Source of the DNA: Patescibacteria group bacterium | GTDB taxonomy: Bacteria > Patescibacteriota > UBA1384 > CAJBMM01 | NCBI GenBank assembly: GCA_041660565.1 | Contig: JBAZWC010000001.1 | Location: 430,481-494,480, forward strand | Length of the DNA: 64,000 bases | Direction: 5' to 3' | In this document: positions 9,121 through 18,966 of the stretch, piece after piece | Layout of the letters: the number at the start of each line of letters is the position of its first letter | How positions within the stretch are numbered: position 1 is the first letter of the stretch | Program-made: the position numbers and the translations under genes | Notes under the pieces: model-generated | Database searches by the model: none | The model's input: only the letters and a program-made list of their open reading frames with translations | What the model was told of the DNA's origin: nothing

Positions 9121-11874
9121 TTATTTGAGTTTGCGCGTTCGTCGTAATCTAAAGAGTGCGTAAACTAATATTGCAATAATACACGCAGAGAAAGCATAGA
9201 CAATCCATGCCCACAGCGGCAATGGATCTTTAGCAGCTTTAACAACTACGATTTCGGCGCGGTACGTTCCCGTGTTTACGGCCGGATCGGCAACCGCAAC
9301 ACTTTTTTCATAGCCAATGCCTTGGTACGCGAAAGCTAATACATGATCACCGACCGGAATGTTATTATAAACAACCACTCCATCTTCGTCCGTACTGGCG
9401 GTTTGAGGATCCGAGTGAATTGTAACCTCTAGTTTGCTAATGGGCTTGCCATCCGCATCCACTATTTTAAATTTGACTGTTTTAATCACTTTTTGACCAT
9501 TTTCCATTAGAATTTGGGTGTCAAAGAACTGTGAATCAGTGTCTGCTGTTGGACTAACTGAGGCAACCGGTGACGCGGCGGCGGAAGGAGAAGCAGATAT
9601 GGTAGACGCCGGGGTGGCTGTTGATCGAGTAGTAGCCGCGGTTGAATTTGTAGTGGTTGACGTAGTTGCCGTTGGGGTTGATGATGCCTCAGCGGTAGAA
9701 GTTGGAGTTGGTGTTGATGTCGCGGCGGTGGTAGGAGTAGAAGTAGGAGTTGATGTTGGGGTAGGGGTTGCGGCTGGTGAATCATCAACTGAAAAGCTTA
9801 TTTCGTAGTCGCTACTGTTTGTATTGCCAGCGCTGTCTAAACATCGGACATAATAGTGATATGTATTGCCGTCGGCTAAACCAGATACGGTTGCGGTATG
9901 AGAGGTACCATTAGAGGTGGTAAAACTGCCTGTCATCACTCCGTACGCCGTTCCTGCCGAGGTGGAGTATTTACACGTTGATGAACTATCAGTGGTCACA
10001 GATAATGTAGCCGAAGTGGTAGACGCATCTAATGTTCCGGAAGGAGACCCGCCAGATAAAACCGCAACGGTTTTATCTAGATAAATGCTCACCACGCCTT
10101 CGGCGATGTTGCCAGCGTTGTCAGTAGCCTTGATAGTAACCGTGTGGGTACCATCTGCAACCGCAGAGACATCTAGAGTATACGGGCTGGTAATTGAACT
10201 ACCATATGCTCCACTGTCTAATTTTAACTTATAGTTTGCAACGTCGCTGGCTGCATCACTGGTTGAAAACGACACGCTAATGGTGTCACTGTTTGTGGTC
10301 GCCGCCGGATCTGCAACCGGAGTAAAACCAGCCGGCGCAGATTTATCTACATAAACAGATACGGTATGTTCCCTAAAGTTACCTGCCGTATCAATCGCTT
10401 TAACGGTTACGGTGTGAGTGCCATCTGCCACTGCCGCAATGTTCAGCGTGTATGGGCTGGAAACGCTATCGGTGTAGGCACCGCTATCTAGCTTGATTGA
10501 ATAGCTCGCCACACCGCTGCCCGCGTCTGTGGTAGAAAATGAGATATCAGCCGAATTAGCAGATGTCCACGACGCCGGATTAGATGTAGGAGTAAACGCC
10601 ACTGGTGCAACAGAGTCAAACCCAATGTCGGCAATTGCCTGAGCAATCTGACCGTGGCCGGCAGTGTTATAATGAACACCATCTGAATTATACGCAGTTT
10701 GGATGTCCCATAAATTGCCCGCATCACCGCCACTTCTGAATTGCCCAACATACGATGAGGCATCAACAACAATTGCCTTAGAATAGTTGTTTGCTAATGT
10801 TGTGAGCGATGCATTCCAATCATCTCTAGTTTGCATTTGAGTGGTTGTTCCGTTTGTCCAAGGTAAAACTTTAATTACAACAATTCGATCAAGCGAAGAT
10901 TCTGCTTGAGCTGCATCTAACATAGACGTCCAATTAGCCAAAAACGTAGCCTTTAAAACCCCGCCAGCGATATCGTTTACACCACCTTCAATCACAACTG
11001 CCCTCGGTTTAAGAGCAACTATGTCAGCGGCGAAACGGGCGCTAATTTGAGCTGTAGTTTGAGAGCCAATTCCCATGTTTTGATAACTATAGCCGGTCAA
11101 TACGCCAAACTGACTCTCTATCGTAGACGCAATATTTGTGGTTGCGGTAGCCTCAAGAAAACTGTAATGCGCCGGATGCCCGGCGATAATTGAATCACCA
11201 ATAAAAGCTACCTGAGGCGCCTGCATATAAAACTCAATGGGGAGAACAGCACCGGCCAAAAACTCAGATGACCCCTCCCAGTTATAATCTGTAGTAGCGA
11301 CCGCTGAATTTGTATGATAGTAACTAGTTACCCCAGTAATTGACGTCTTGGCATAAAAAAACGATCCTTTTGTAGAAAGGATGACTTGATAACCGTAATA
11401 ATCCCCTTCTTGGACACCAGCAATTGGTGAGGCTAAATCTATTGTGGAATATTGCCCGGAGCTTAAACTGCTAATCAAGTTTTCACTCGCTCCAACCAAA
11501 TCATATGTAGCGCCATCTTTACGCCAAATTTTCACATAAAACTGCGCCAGTCCGGTGGTAGAAACTGTATAAATTCTAATGCGACTAACTGTCCCGCTTT
11601 CCCTAATACGATATTTTTGACCGATGGTAATATAATCACGGGTAGATGTATCGGAGCAGATTCCTGAGGCACATCCCCAGTTAGCCGCACCGGTAGTAAT
11701 AGTATCATACGGAGCCACTAATACTTTGTCAGAGTTTGCGGGATAGTCAGGATAGGCTAATGCGGTTTTAGGATTCACATACGATGGCGCCTCAGCCAGA
11801 ACCGATATAACAAGAAGTACGGTAACCAGTATCCAGAAAAAATGTCGCTTGGTGGGTAGTATTTTTTTAATCAT
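9121..11874 (-). CDS. Large surface protein: SGNH/GDSL hydrolase, Ig-like repeats, S/T linker and C-terminal TM anchor
   Basis: FIGDSII, GIGSQ, GGVND and DGVH blocks; duplicated DGTHTVTVKA.D.AGN Ig repeats; TPTP linker. Confidence 0.8.
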   Translation of the reverse strand: MIKKILPTKRHFFWILVTVLLVISVLAEAPSYVNPKTALAYPDYPANSDKVLVAPYDTITTGAANWGCASGICSDTSTRDYITIGQKYRIRESGTVSRIRIYTVSTTGLAQFYVKIWRKDGATYDLVGASENLISSLSSGQYSTIDLASPIAGVQEGDYYGYQVILSTKGSFFYAKTSITGVTSYYHTNSAVATTDYNWEGSSEFLAGAVLPIEFYMQAPQVAFIGDSIIAGHPAHYSFLEATATTNIASTIESQFGVLTGYSYQNMGIGSQTTAQISARFAADIVALKPRAVVIEGGVNDIAGGVLKATFLANWTSMLDAAQAESSLDRIVVIKVLPWTNGTTTQMQTRDDWNASLTTLANNYSKAIVVDASSYVGQFRSGGDAGNLWDIQTAYNSDGVHYNTAGHGQIAQAIADIGFDSVAPVAFTPTSNPASWTSANSADISFSTTDAGSGVASYSIKLDSGAYTDSVSSPYTLNIAAVADGTHTVTVKAIDTAGNFREHTVSVYVDKSAPAGFTPVADPAATTNSDTISVSFSTSDAASDVANYKLKLDSGAYGSSITSPYTLDVSAVADGTHTVTIKATDNAGNIAEGVVSIYLDKTVAVLSGGSPSGTLDASTTSATLSVTTDSSSTCKYSTSAGTAYGVMTGSFTTSNGTSHTATVSGLADGNTYHYYVRCLDSAGNTNSSDYEISFSVDDSPAATPTPTSTPTSTPTTAATSTPTPTSTAEASSTPTATTSTTTNSTAATTRSTATPASTISASPSAAASPVASVSPTADTDSQFFDTQILMENGQKVIKTVKFKIVDADGKPISKLEVTIHSDPQTASTDEDGVVVYNNIPVGDHVLAFAYQGIGYEKSVAVADPAVNTGTYRAEIVVVKAAKDPLPLWAWIVYAFSACIIAILVYALFRLRRTRKLK

Positions 11875-11959
11875 ATATCTCTCCTTCATATCATTATATC
11901 ATTACAAAATCTATTTTCTAGACATATGAATACCGCGCCCGTCTTGGGGCGCGGCTTGG

Positions 11960-12451
11960 TTATTCCTGGGTGGTACCCCAGTCGTACGATCTGGGACCGA
12001 CGCGAGTAGTTGGTCCGGTAAAGGCTGGTTGCTTGTCACCATTGCCGCCGTTCTTGTCGTGTTGCTGACGCACCTGGCCAGATGTGCCGGGACGATCAAT
12101 CCGTTTTGCTTTGGTCTGATGTCCACGATCGGTGGATTGCGGGGCATGTCCGTTCCCCGGATATCCGCGACTTCGCGATGAAGGAGTAGAGACGGCTTTG
12201 GCACCCTTGGTTGTGGGTGCTGCGCTAGCGCGATCCGCAAAGTCCCGAAGTACCTTGCACTTTCCCGGATCGCCCAGCATCTGACCATCCAGTCCCACGA
12301 TCTTTTCCGGGCAATCAGCGTGCTTCTGATCTCCGAGCTTTATCCGCAAAGGCAGTTCCTTCGCGTTTAGCTTCGGGTTTTCTCCCATATAGACTTTCGC
12401 CTCCCACGCCTCAAAACATACAACACAGTGCCCATCGTCTATGGTATCCAC
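11960..12451 (-). CDS. GC-rich orphan protein (N-terminal CxxC, low-complexity C-terminus)
   Basis: GTG start with SD aaggag; terminator hairpin about 11934-11955. Confidence 0.6.
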   Translation of the reverse strand: MDTIDDGHCVVCFEAWEAKVYMGENPKLNAKELPLRIKLGDQKHADCPEKIVGLDGQMLGDPGKCKVLRDFADRASAAPTTKGAKAVSTPSSRSRGYPGNGHAPQSTDRGHQTKAKRIDRPGTSGQVRQQHDKNGGNGDKQPAFTGPTTRVGPRSYDWGTTQE

Positions 12452-12604
12452 GGCATTCTCCTTGTGAAAGGTCGGAGGTAGTTGAATACAACAAGAGATC
12501 GTGCGTTCACGACCCCCTCTGATACCACTAAATACTTTTATCAGATGAATTACAATACAATATTTGGTATGATCGAGTTAGACAAACGGGAGGGAGATAC
12601 AACC

Positions 12605-12844
12605 ATGCCAAGGGCGCGAAAGCATCGGACACGCGCGGAAGTGCACGAAGCGATCATGGCCAAGCTTCGGGAAATGCCCCCGGAAGAAGCGGAGCGGGTA
12701 TTGGAAAGACTTACCGCCGAGCCATATCCCCAGCCAGGTCCAAAACCATGGATCACTCGTGAGGACGTCGACGCGGTGATCGAACGAATAAGGCAGATGA
12801 CCCCTGAGCAACTTGCCGAGAAGCTATTTCGTGAGCCAGTTTAA
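12605..12844 (+). CDS. Small orphan helical protein with internal duplication (LREMPPEEA / IRQMTPEQL)
   Basis: SD ggaggga before ATG 12605; terminator 12868-12897. Confidence 0.65.
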   Translation: MPRARKHRTRAEVHEAIMAKLREMPPEEAERVLERLTAEPYPQPGPKPWITREDVDAVIERIRQMTPEQLAEKLFREPV

Positions 12845-12937
12845 GCGCCTTGCAATTCAGCCACTCAGACCTGTGCAGTTGCGCAGGTCTTTTTTTGTTG
12901 CAAGGTGTGATTATTTATGTTAAAGTAATTATAGTTT

Positions 12938-13011
12938 GGCCTGTTCGTCTATCGGTAGGACATCGCCCTTTCACGGCGGCAAGAGGGGTTCGACTCCCCT
13001 ACAGGCTACCA
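12938..13011 (+). tRNA. tRNA-Glu(UUC)
   Basis: Cloverleaf, loop ctTTCac, encoded CCA. Confidence 0.95.
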
Positions 13012-13160
13012 ATAAACTCCGCTTGCGCTTCGCTTATTTGGCGAAAAGTGGGCAAAGTTTATTTACCTTGACTGTAGGAATAGGTATTCCGAAGCCATAG
13101 CGAAGGATACCCCTACAGGCTACCAAGCATTTGTGAATATCGTGCCTTAAGAGGAGAAAT

Positions 13161-13859
13161 ATGTCATCAGCAAATACTGGCTCAACTGATAATATCCGTT
13201 TTGCCGTTTTGGCCGCCGATACGGTGCTGCTGACTTTTCAAAATGATAAATTATTTGTCAGATTAGTGTCTGTTAATCGCCCACCACATTTCCCCGAAGG
13301 GAGTAAAGGCTTGCCAGGGGGGCTACTATTTCCCGATGAAGTCGCAGAACAATCCGCTGCCAGACATATACAAACAAAAGGCGGAATTAATCCTGATAAA
13401 GTATACTTGGAGCAACTTTACACATTTAGTGAGGTTGATCGTGATCCACGTGGCCGGGTTGTCGCAGTAGCATATTTGGCCGTAGTACCATGGGATCGAC
13501 TTGATCCAATCGAAAAACAGAATAATAACGACGCATGGTGGAGTGAGGTTAGCAAAACTGGAAATCTAGCCTACGATCACAATAAAATTTTAGATATGGC
13601 TTTAACAAGACTTCGCCATCGTATTTCTTACTCAACGATTGTATGTAAGTTATTACCAAATGAATTTAGTTTGACCGAATTGCAAGATATTTTTTCGGTT
13701 GTATTATCAAAAAAACTTGATAAAAGAAATTTCCGAAAAAAAATACTCAAATTAGATATTCTGAAACCACTCTCCCACAAACAAGATAGTCGACCATACC
13801 GACCCGCGCGGCTATATACATACAAATCTTCGGACGTTGAAGAAATAGATATCATTTAA
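13161..13859 (+). CDS. nrtR: Nudix-related transcriptional regulator NrtR
   Basis: Degenerate Nudix (LPGG...EQLYTF...RDPRGRVV..AY, LAYDH) plus wHTH (DKRNFRKKIL, RPARLY); lies upstream of NAD salvage genes. Confidence 0.9.
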   Translation: MSSANTGSTDNIRFAVLAADTVLLTFQNDKLFVRLVSVNRPPHFPEGSKGLPGGLLFPDEVAEQSAARHIQTKGGINPDKVYLEQLYTFSEVDRDPRGRVVAVAYLAVVPWDRLDPIEKQNNNDAWWSEVSKTGNLAYDHNKILDMALTRLRHRISYSTIVCKLLPNEFSLTELQDIFSVVLSKKLDKRNFRKKILKLDILKPLSHKQDSRPYRPARLYTYKSSDVEEIDII

Positions 13860-13923
13860 ACATCGATCTCAATTTATTTTTATCTTGAAAGACCCTGAAA
13901 AGGGTTTTTTTGTTGGGGGGGTA

Positions 13924-13980
13924 TTGACAACGTGTAATTTATACACTATCTTAGAAATAGATAGTGTGATTTTTACACTT
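13924..13980 (+). promoter_or_regulatory. Sigma70 promoter overlapped by two NrtR-type operators
   Basis: ttgaca(13924)-17-tatctt(13947); palindromes gtgtaatttatacac 13932-13946 and agtgtgatttttacact 13963-13979 (GT-N7-AC core). Confidence 0.8.
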
Positions 13981-14006
13981 AGCACATTAACAACAGGAGA
14001 TATACG

Positions 14007-14909
14007 ATGCCAAATGGTCCTGCAGCTGTGGGGGTAGTCGTTGCCCGATTTCAAGTGCCCGAGCTTACCCTCGGTCATCAAGCTCTGATTGAATTCGTAG
14101 AAAGCCAAGTCAAGCAAGTCTTGCTCGTACTCGGCACATCGGAAGCCTTTGCCACCAGCCGCAATCCCCTCAGCTTTGCCGCTAGACGGGAGATGGTTCT
14201 GGCATCGTACCCCAATGTCAAGGTGGTCAGTCTGGCTGATCACCCATCCGATTCCGTCTGGTCCACTAACCTGGATCAACTGATCAAAAAGATGTTCCCG
14301 GACCAGTCGGTTTCCCTCTACGGGTCGCGCGATTCCTTTCTAACCACCTACTCCGGCACCCTGCCTGTGGTTGACTTTCCCGCCTTACCTTGCCTGTCTG
14401 GAACCGAGAACCGTGTCGCCCTTCTAGACAACCCACCAACCAGCCCCGATTTCCGCAAGGGGATTGTCTACAGCCAAGTCGCCCGAGCCGGGATCCCCTA
14501 CGCCACTGTTGATATAGCAATCGTCGATGAGAACAAGGGGCTCGTTCTCTTGGGTGGCAAGCCAACTGACGGAGACCGCTATCGTTTCATCGGCGGTTTC
14601 GTTGATGTTAACGATGAATCCCTGGAACGAGCCGCAAAACGCGAGGCTTACGAAGAAACCGGCGGTCTCGAGATAGACGATCTCCGCTACTTCGGATCAG
14701 CGAAGGTCGTTGATTGGCGCTACCAAGGAACCGGCGATGGAATCTTGACTAGCTTCTTCGCCGCAACCTACATTTTCGGTTGCGCAAAGGCCCAGGACGA
14801 CATCGCACGAGTGAAATGGGTACCGATCAAGGAAGTCAAGCAGTACCTCGTCCCGGAACATCAGATTCTGGGCAGCATGCTCCTCAAACAGCACCATCTG
14901 ACACGATAA
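14007..14909 (+). CDS. nadM: Bifunctional NMN adenylyltransferase/ADP-ribose pyrophosphatase (NadM-Nudix)
   Basis: ARFQ..TLGH, NPLSF..R and SGT..R motifs; Nudix box GGFVD...AKREAYEETG. Confidence 0.88.
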   Translation: MPNGPAAVGVVVARFQVPELTLGHQALIEFVESQVKQVLLVLGTSEAFATSRNPLSFAARREMVLASYPNVKVVSLADHPSDSVWSTNLDQLIKKMFPDQSVSLYGSRDSFLTTYSGTLPVVDFPALPCLSGTENRVALLDNPPTSPDFRKGIVYSQVARAGIPYATVDIAIVDENKGLVLLGGKPTDGDRYRFIGGFVDVNDESLERAAKREAYEETGGLEIDDLRYFGSAKVVDWRYQGTGDGILTSFFAATYIFGCAKAQDDIARVKWVPIKEVKQYLVPEHQILGSMLLKQHHLTR

Positions 14910-14924
14910 GAAAGGGAGACGACC

Positions 14925-16313
14925 ATGTCTGACAACATCATCCTCCTCACCGACAGCTACAAGCCAACCCACGGCCCCCAGTACCCGCCACGCACCCAGA
15001 CTATCTTCTCGTTCTACGAGAGCCGGGGCGGCCTTTTCCCTGAGACCACCTTCTTTGGCCTCCAGTACCTGATCAAGCGATATCTGCTCGGTCAAGTGGT
15101 GACCGAGGAGAAGATCGAGGAAGCCTATGAAGTTCTGGGGAGCCACTTCGGCAACTCGAATTACATGAACCGGGCTGGCTGGGAATACATCCTGAAGGCA
15201 CACGGTGGACGGTTGCCAATCCTCATCCGGGCCATACCGGAGGGGACATCGATCCCAAACCACAACGTCCTCATGACGGTGCAGAACACCGACCCCAACG
15301 GCCTGCCATGGCTCACCAACTACCTGGAGACTCTGCTCTGCCAGGTCTGGTACCCCTGCACGGTCGCCACCCAGAGCCGGGCCATGCGCCAGGAGATCCT
15401 CCGCTTCCTCGAGGAAACGGGCGATCCCAGCCAAATCGACTTCAAGCTGCATGACTTCGGTTTCCGGGGTTCCACCAGCGTGGAGTCAGCTGGTATCGGC
15501 GGGGCGGCCCACTTGGTCAACTTCAAGGGGACTGACACCCTCGAAGCCATCATGGTCGCCCGTCGTTACTACGGCGAGAACATGGCCGGCTACTCGATCC
15601 CAGCCGCCGAGCACAGCACCATCACATCCTGGGGCAAAGAGCACGAGGCTGACGCTTACGCCAACATGCTCACGGCCTACCCCACCGGCACCGTAGCCGT
15701 AGTCTCGGACAGCTACGACGTATTCAACGCTTGTCGCTCCATCTGGGGTGGACAGCTCAAGGAGCGCGTTCTGGCCCGAGACGGCGTCCTCGTCATTCGC
15801 CCCGACAGCGGTAACCCCCCGGAAGTGGTCACCCAGGTCCTCGATATTCTCGGGCAGACCTTCGGCTTCACCACCAACGACAAGCAGTACAGGGTACTGC
15901 ACCCAAAGGTCCGGGTCATTCAGGGCGACGGCATCGACTACGCCATGATCACCCAGATCCTGACCGCTATGCGGCAGGCGGGATGGTCAGCTGATAATCT
16001 CGCCTTCGGCTCCGGCGGCGGTCTGCTCCAGAAGGTCAACCGAGACACCCAGCGTTTCGCCTTCAAGTGCTCAGCCGCTCAGATCGACGGAACCTGGCGC
16101 GATGTGATGAAGGACCCTGTCACTGATCCCGGCAAGCGTTCCAAGGCGGGCCATCTGGCCCTTGTACGCAACAGCGCCGGCGACTGGAAGACCATGCGCG
16201 AGTCAGACGCCGAAGCCATGGGATTCTCCAACCAACTAGTCCCTGTCTTCAAAGACGGCGCCCTATTGGTTGATTACAACTTCCAGTCCATTCGAGATCG
16301 CGCCGCGATGTAA
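14925..16313 (+). CDS. nadV: Nicotinamide phosphoribosyltransferase (NAMPT/NadV)
   Basis: LLTDSYK, HDFGFRG, IPAAEHS, IRPDSG, IQGDG, FGSGGGLLQ and RDT..FA.K motifs. Confidence 0.92.
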   Translation: MSDNIILLTDSYKPTHGPQYPPRTQTIFSFYESRGGLFPETTFFGLQYLIKRYLLGQVVTEEKIEEAYEVLGSHFGNSNYMNRAGWEYILKAHGGRLPILIRAIPEGTSIPNHNVLMTVQNTDPNGLPWLTNYLETLLCQVWYPCTVATQSRAMRQEILRFLEETGDPSQIDFKLHDFGFRGSTSVESAGIGGAAHLVNFKGTDTLEAIMVARRYYGENMAGYSIPAAEHSTITSWGKEHEADAYANMLTAYPTGTVAVVSDSYDVFNACRSIWGGQLKERVLARDGVLVIRPDSGNPPEVVTQVLDILGQTFGFTTNDKQYRVLHPKVRVIQGDGIDYAMITQILTAMRQAGWSADNLAFGSGGGLLQKVNRDTQRFAFKCSAAQIDGTWRDVMKDPVTDPGKRSKAGHLALVRNSAGDWKTMRESDAEAMGFSNQLVPVFKDGALLVDYNFQSIRDRAAM

Positions 16314-16406
16314 GTCGCAGCACCTTCCGGCCTCCTATCGGGGGCCGGTTTTTCTGTAAATTTTTTTATTAGCTCGTTTATGATGATTTTTTGGTATAGT
16401 GGGGGT

Positions 16407-16790
16407 ATGGAAAAATATGAACTATGGTTCCGATTAGCGTATCGGGACATAATTTTAACCAAAAAAATGACCGCTGCCGTGCGTCCGGGAGATCGTCGTG
16501 CGCCAAATAACAAAGGAACTAGCATTGGCGAAAATGTGATTATTCGGGTGATGAAACTACCGGGTAATGAAGCTGAAAACATCAACCCGATATTTACAGA
16601 TGATAATATTCCTGCCAAAATAACGGCGATTGAGGTTAAGCGCTTGCAAGATGTTACGCCAGCGGATCTGATCGGATGTTCGGCAGATTGTTCGGATTGG
16701 CACGGCGTGGCAAACCAGCTAAGCTTAATCTACAACCAGGTATTTACCGGGCCCGAAGAAGTCAGCATCGTCCGGTTCGAATACACATAG
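16407..16790 (+). CDS. ASCH/PUA-like domain protein
   Basis: IILTKKMTAAVR resembles the ASCH GxKxxxxR motif; C-terminal V.IVRFEY. Confidence 0.55.
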   Translation: MEKYELWFRLAYRDIILTKKMTAAVRPGDRRAPNNKGTSIGENVIIRVMKLPGNEAENINPIFTDDNIPAKITAIEVKRLQDVTPADLIGCSADCSDWHGVANQLSLIYNQVFTGPEEVSIVRFEYT

Positions 16791-16800
16791 GAGGACAGCC

Positions 16801-17790
16801 ATGATAATTCAGAAGTTGATCGATTCTAAGATGCTGACAGTTGCGTCAAAAGCGCAAGATAATCCGCCTAGTCTAGAAGGGTTGGATTTCTTCGCGGTTG
16901 GATACGCAGCCAAGGATTACCCCGCCCAGACGCCTCGGCTGTGGAACGCGCTTTACGCGCAATTTGGGCTGAATGTCCGCAATATCCGACTGATTGGATC
17001 ACCGGAGGTAGCGGGTGATGTATTCGATGCCTATCGGAATGACGACCGGTTTCTGGGCGGCGACGTCGGCGCTGGCATCAAGGACAAAGCATGGGTGATT
17101 GTCGATCAAATTGACCCGCTTGCCCGTGCAATGCAAGCGATCAACGTGGTAGTGCGAACAGACCACAAACTGGTCGGCTACAATACCGACGGCCATGGAT
17201 ATGTGGCCGGCTTGCAACAGGTAATGGATGCGACAGACAAAACCATCCTGATCTTAGGGGGTGGCGGCACCGCCAATGCCATCGCCTTTGCCGCAGCGGC
17301 CGCCAGGATGAAGCTGATCATCCTCAACCGCACCGTCAGCAAAGCAAATGACCTAGCCGTGCGAGTTAACCAGTTCTGCAACAAAGCGGTAGCGGTTTCA
17401 GGTGGGCGTGAGATGATATCAGCCGAAGCGCCGAAAGCCGACGTGATCGTTAGCGTAATCGACGATCCGCATTCACCGCTCGACCAATTCTCGGCACTGG
17501 GCGAGATTGAATTACCGGCAACACCAGACAGTCTGTCTCGAAACGTCGCCACCGCTACCAAAGTAATGCGAACGCTAAAGCCGGGTGTGCTGATTTCGGA
17601 TGTTGCGTTACGTGACAAGCCAACCGCAACGTTGCAGTTAGCAGCCAGCACCGGGCTAAAGACACAGGATGGCCGGCCGATGGTGCTAGAACAGGCCATT
17701 CTGGCGTTTTGGCTCGTCAACCAGCGGCTGCTCAAACCCCGCCGCATTACCCAAGCTCAAGTTGCAAAGGCGATGCGCCAAATCGCCTAA
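16801..17790 (+). CDS. Divergent shikimate dehydrogenase-family (AroE-like) oxidoreductase
   Basis: AINVV...GYNTDG, ILGGGGTA, LNRT..KA and DGRPMVLEQA motifs. Confidence 0.8.
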   Translation: MIIQKLIDSKMLTVASKAQDNPPSLEGLDFFAVGYAAKDYPAQTPRLWNALYAQFGLNVRNIRLIGSPEVAGDVFDAYRNDDRFLGGDVGAGIKDKAWVIVDQIDPLARAMQAINVVVRTDHKLVGYNTDGHGYVAGLQQVMDATDKTILILGGGGTANAIAFAAAAARMKLIILNRTVSKANDLAVRVNQFCNKAVAVSGGREMISAEAPKADVIVSVIDDPHSPLDQFSALGEIELPATPDSLSRNVATATKVMRTLKPGVLISDVALRDKPTATLQLAASTGLKTQDGRPMVLEQAILAFWLVNQRLLKPRRITQAQVAKAMRQIA

Positions 17791-17922
17791 GGCAAATCCG
17801 TCAACCTAAGCCCTGCACCTTCGGGTGCAGGGCTATTTTTTTACATTAACATTGACAGAGACTGGTATAAATGATATTTTATGACCAAGATCGTCCACTA
17901 CGTATCAAGGGGGTGAGTTGCG

Positions 17923-18177
17923 ATGCAAGTACTTGGGAAGGTTGTAAGCATCCAGGAACCCGTTGCCCTGTTGTCCGGACAGGAATCTGACGGGGTTACG
18001 ATCCTATCGGGCACGGAGTGCTTTGACGTCCTGTTCCCCAAGGGAGCGGTAACTCCGCACATGGTTGGATCGCTAATCGTGTTCGAGATGGCCGAGGAGA
18101 TCATGGTCGCCCGATATGGCAGCCAGCCAAGATGCGTCGTGAGCATCGACCCGCCCGACGCGACACTCGGACACTAG
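17923..18177 (+). CDS. Small GC-rich orphan protein
   Basis: 84-aa ORF with SD ggggtga, promoter ttgaca near 17852, hairpin 18192-18220. Confidence 0.55.
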   Translation: MQVLGKVVSIQEPVALLSGQESDGVTILSGTECFDVLFPKGAVTPHMVGSLIVFEMAEEIMVARYGSQPRCVVSIDPPDATLGH

Positions 18178-18283
18178 CCATACCGCCGAACCAGGCGCTG
18201 TGCAAACCGCACAGCGCCTGAAATTGTACTTGACAGCAAAAGTGTAGGGTATATAACGGATATATAAGAAAGAAAGGATATAT

Positions 18284-18694
18284 ATGGAAAAAACACATAT
18301 CGTCCCCAAAATCTATGGATACGTGGTCTGCTTGGTAGCAGTAATTGTTACTTTGGTGGCACTGGGAAATATTGTTAACGCGATATTTGATCGCGCCAAT
18401 CCAACCAGCGTAAGCGACTACAGATACAACTTGCAAAGTCATGATGTTTCTTCGTTTGCTGCGTACAAAGCGGACTATCAATCTAACCTGAACTCAGCTG
18501 AAAACAAAACCGCCACCACAGTAGTTTTGTCTGACGACCAATTGAGAACAAATTATGAGGCTGCCCGCACCAGTCAAATTGATGCGGTAAAACTGGGCAC
18601 AGTCAAAACAATTACCGTTTTTAGCATTCTGCTGGTTGTAGCGGTAGGATTGTTCGCCAGTCACTGGATCTGGTTACGTAAATTTGAGAAATAG
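18284..18694 (+). CDS. Two-TM membrane protein (DUF5671-like)
   Basis: IYGYVVCLVA N-terminus and LF.SHW C-terminus; SD aaagga. Confidence 0.7.
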   Translation: MEKTHIVPKIYGYVVCLVAVIVTLVALGNIVNAIFDRANPTSVSDYRYNLQSHDVSSFAAYKADYQSNLNSAENKTATTVVLSDDQLRTNYEAARTSQIDAVKLGTVKTITVFSILLVVAVGLFASHWIWLRKFEK

Positions 18695-18890
18695 TTTCTA
18701 ACTCAATTTGAGATAAAATAACGCGCTAGCCTAGCGCGTTATTTTGTTATGGTAAAAAAGTGAGAATAACTAAAATTTATGTTATAATATAGCCAATGCC
18801 GATATAGCTCCCTCCTTCGCCAAGGCTTCGGAAGGGCAAGCAGCTGGTTAGTACTGCAATAAGTGCTTTCGCCTGCCCCTCGTAGCCAAT

Positions 18891-18966
18891 GCCGACATAG
18901 CTCAGCTGGTAGAGCAGTGCTTTCGTAAAGCAAAGGTCATCGGTTCGATTCCGATTGTCGGCTCCA
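18891..18966 (+). tRNA. tRNA-Thr(CGU)
   Basis: Cloverleaf, loop ttCGTaa, encoded CCA. Confidence 0.95.

Noticed and set aside
14697-15452. 251-aa antisense ORF, and similar ones at 4976-5473, 17178-17747, 37798-38376, 47646-48161 and 53920-54480
   Set aside because: Shadow ORFs opposite well-supported genes
13161-17790. Prophage or integrative element carrying the NAD genes
   Set aside because: No integrase or phage genes; the tRNA-Glu duplication lies before the module rather than flanking it
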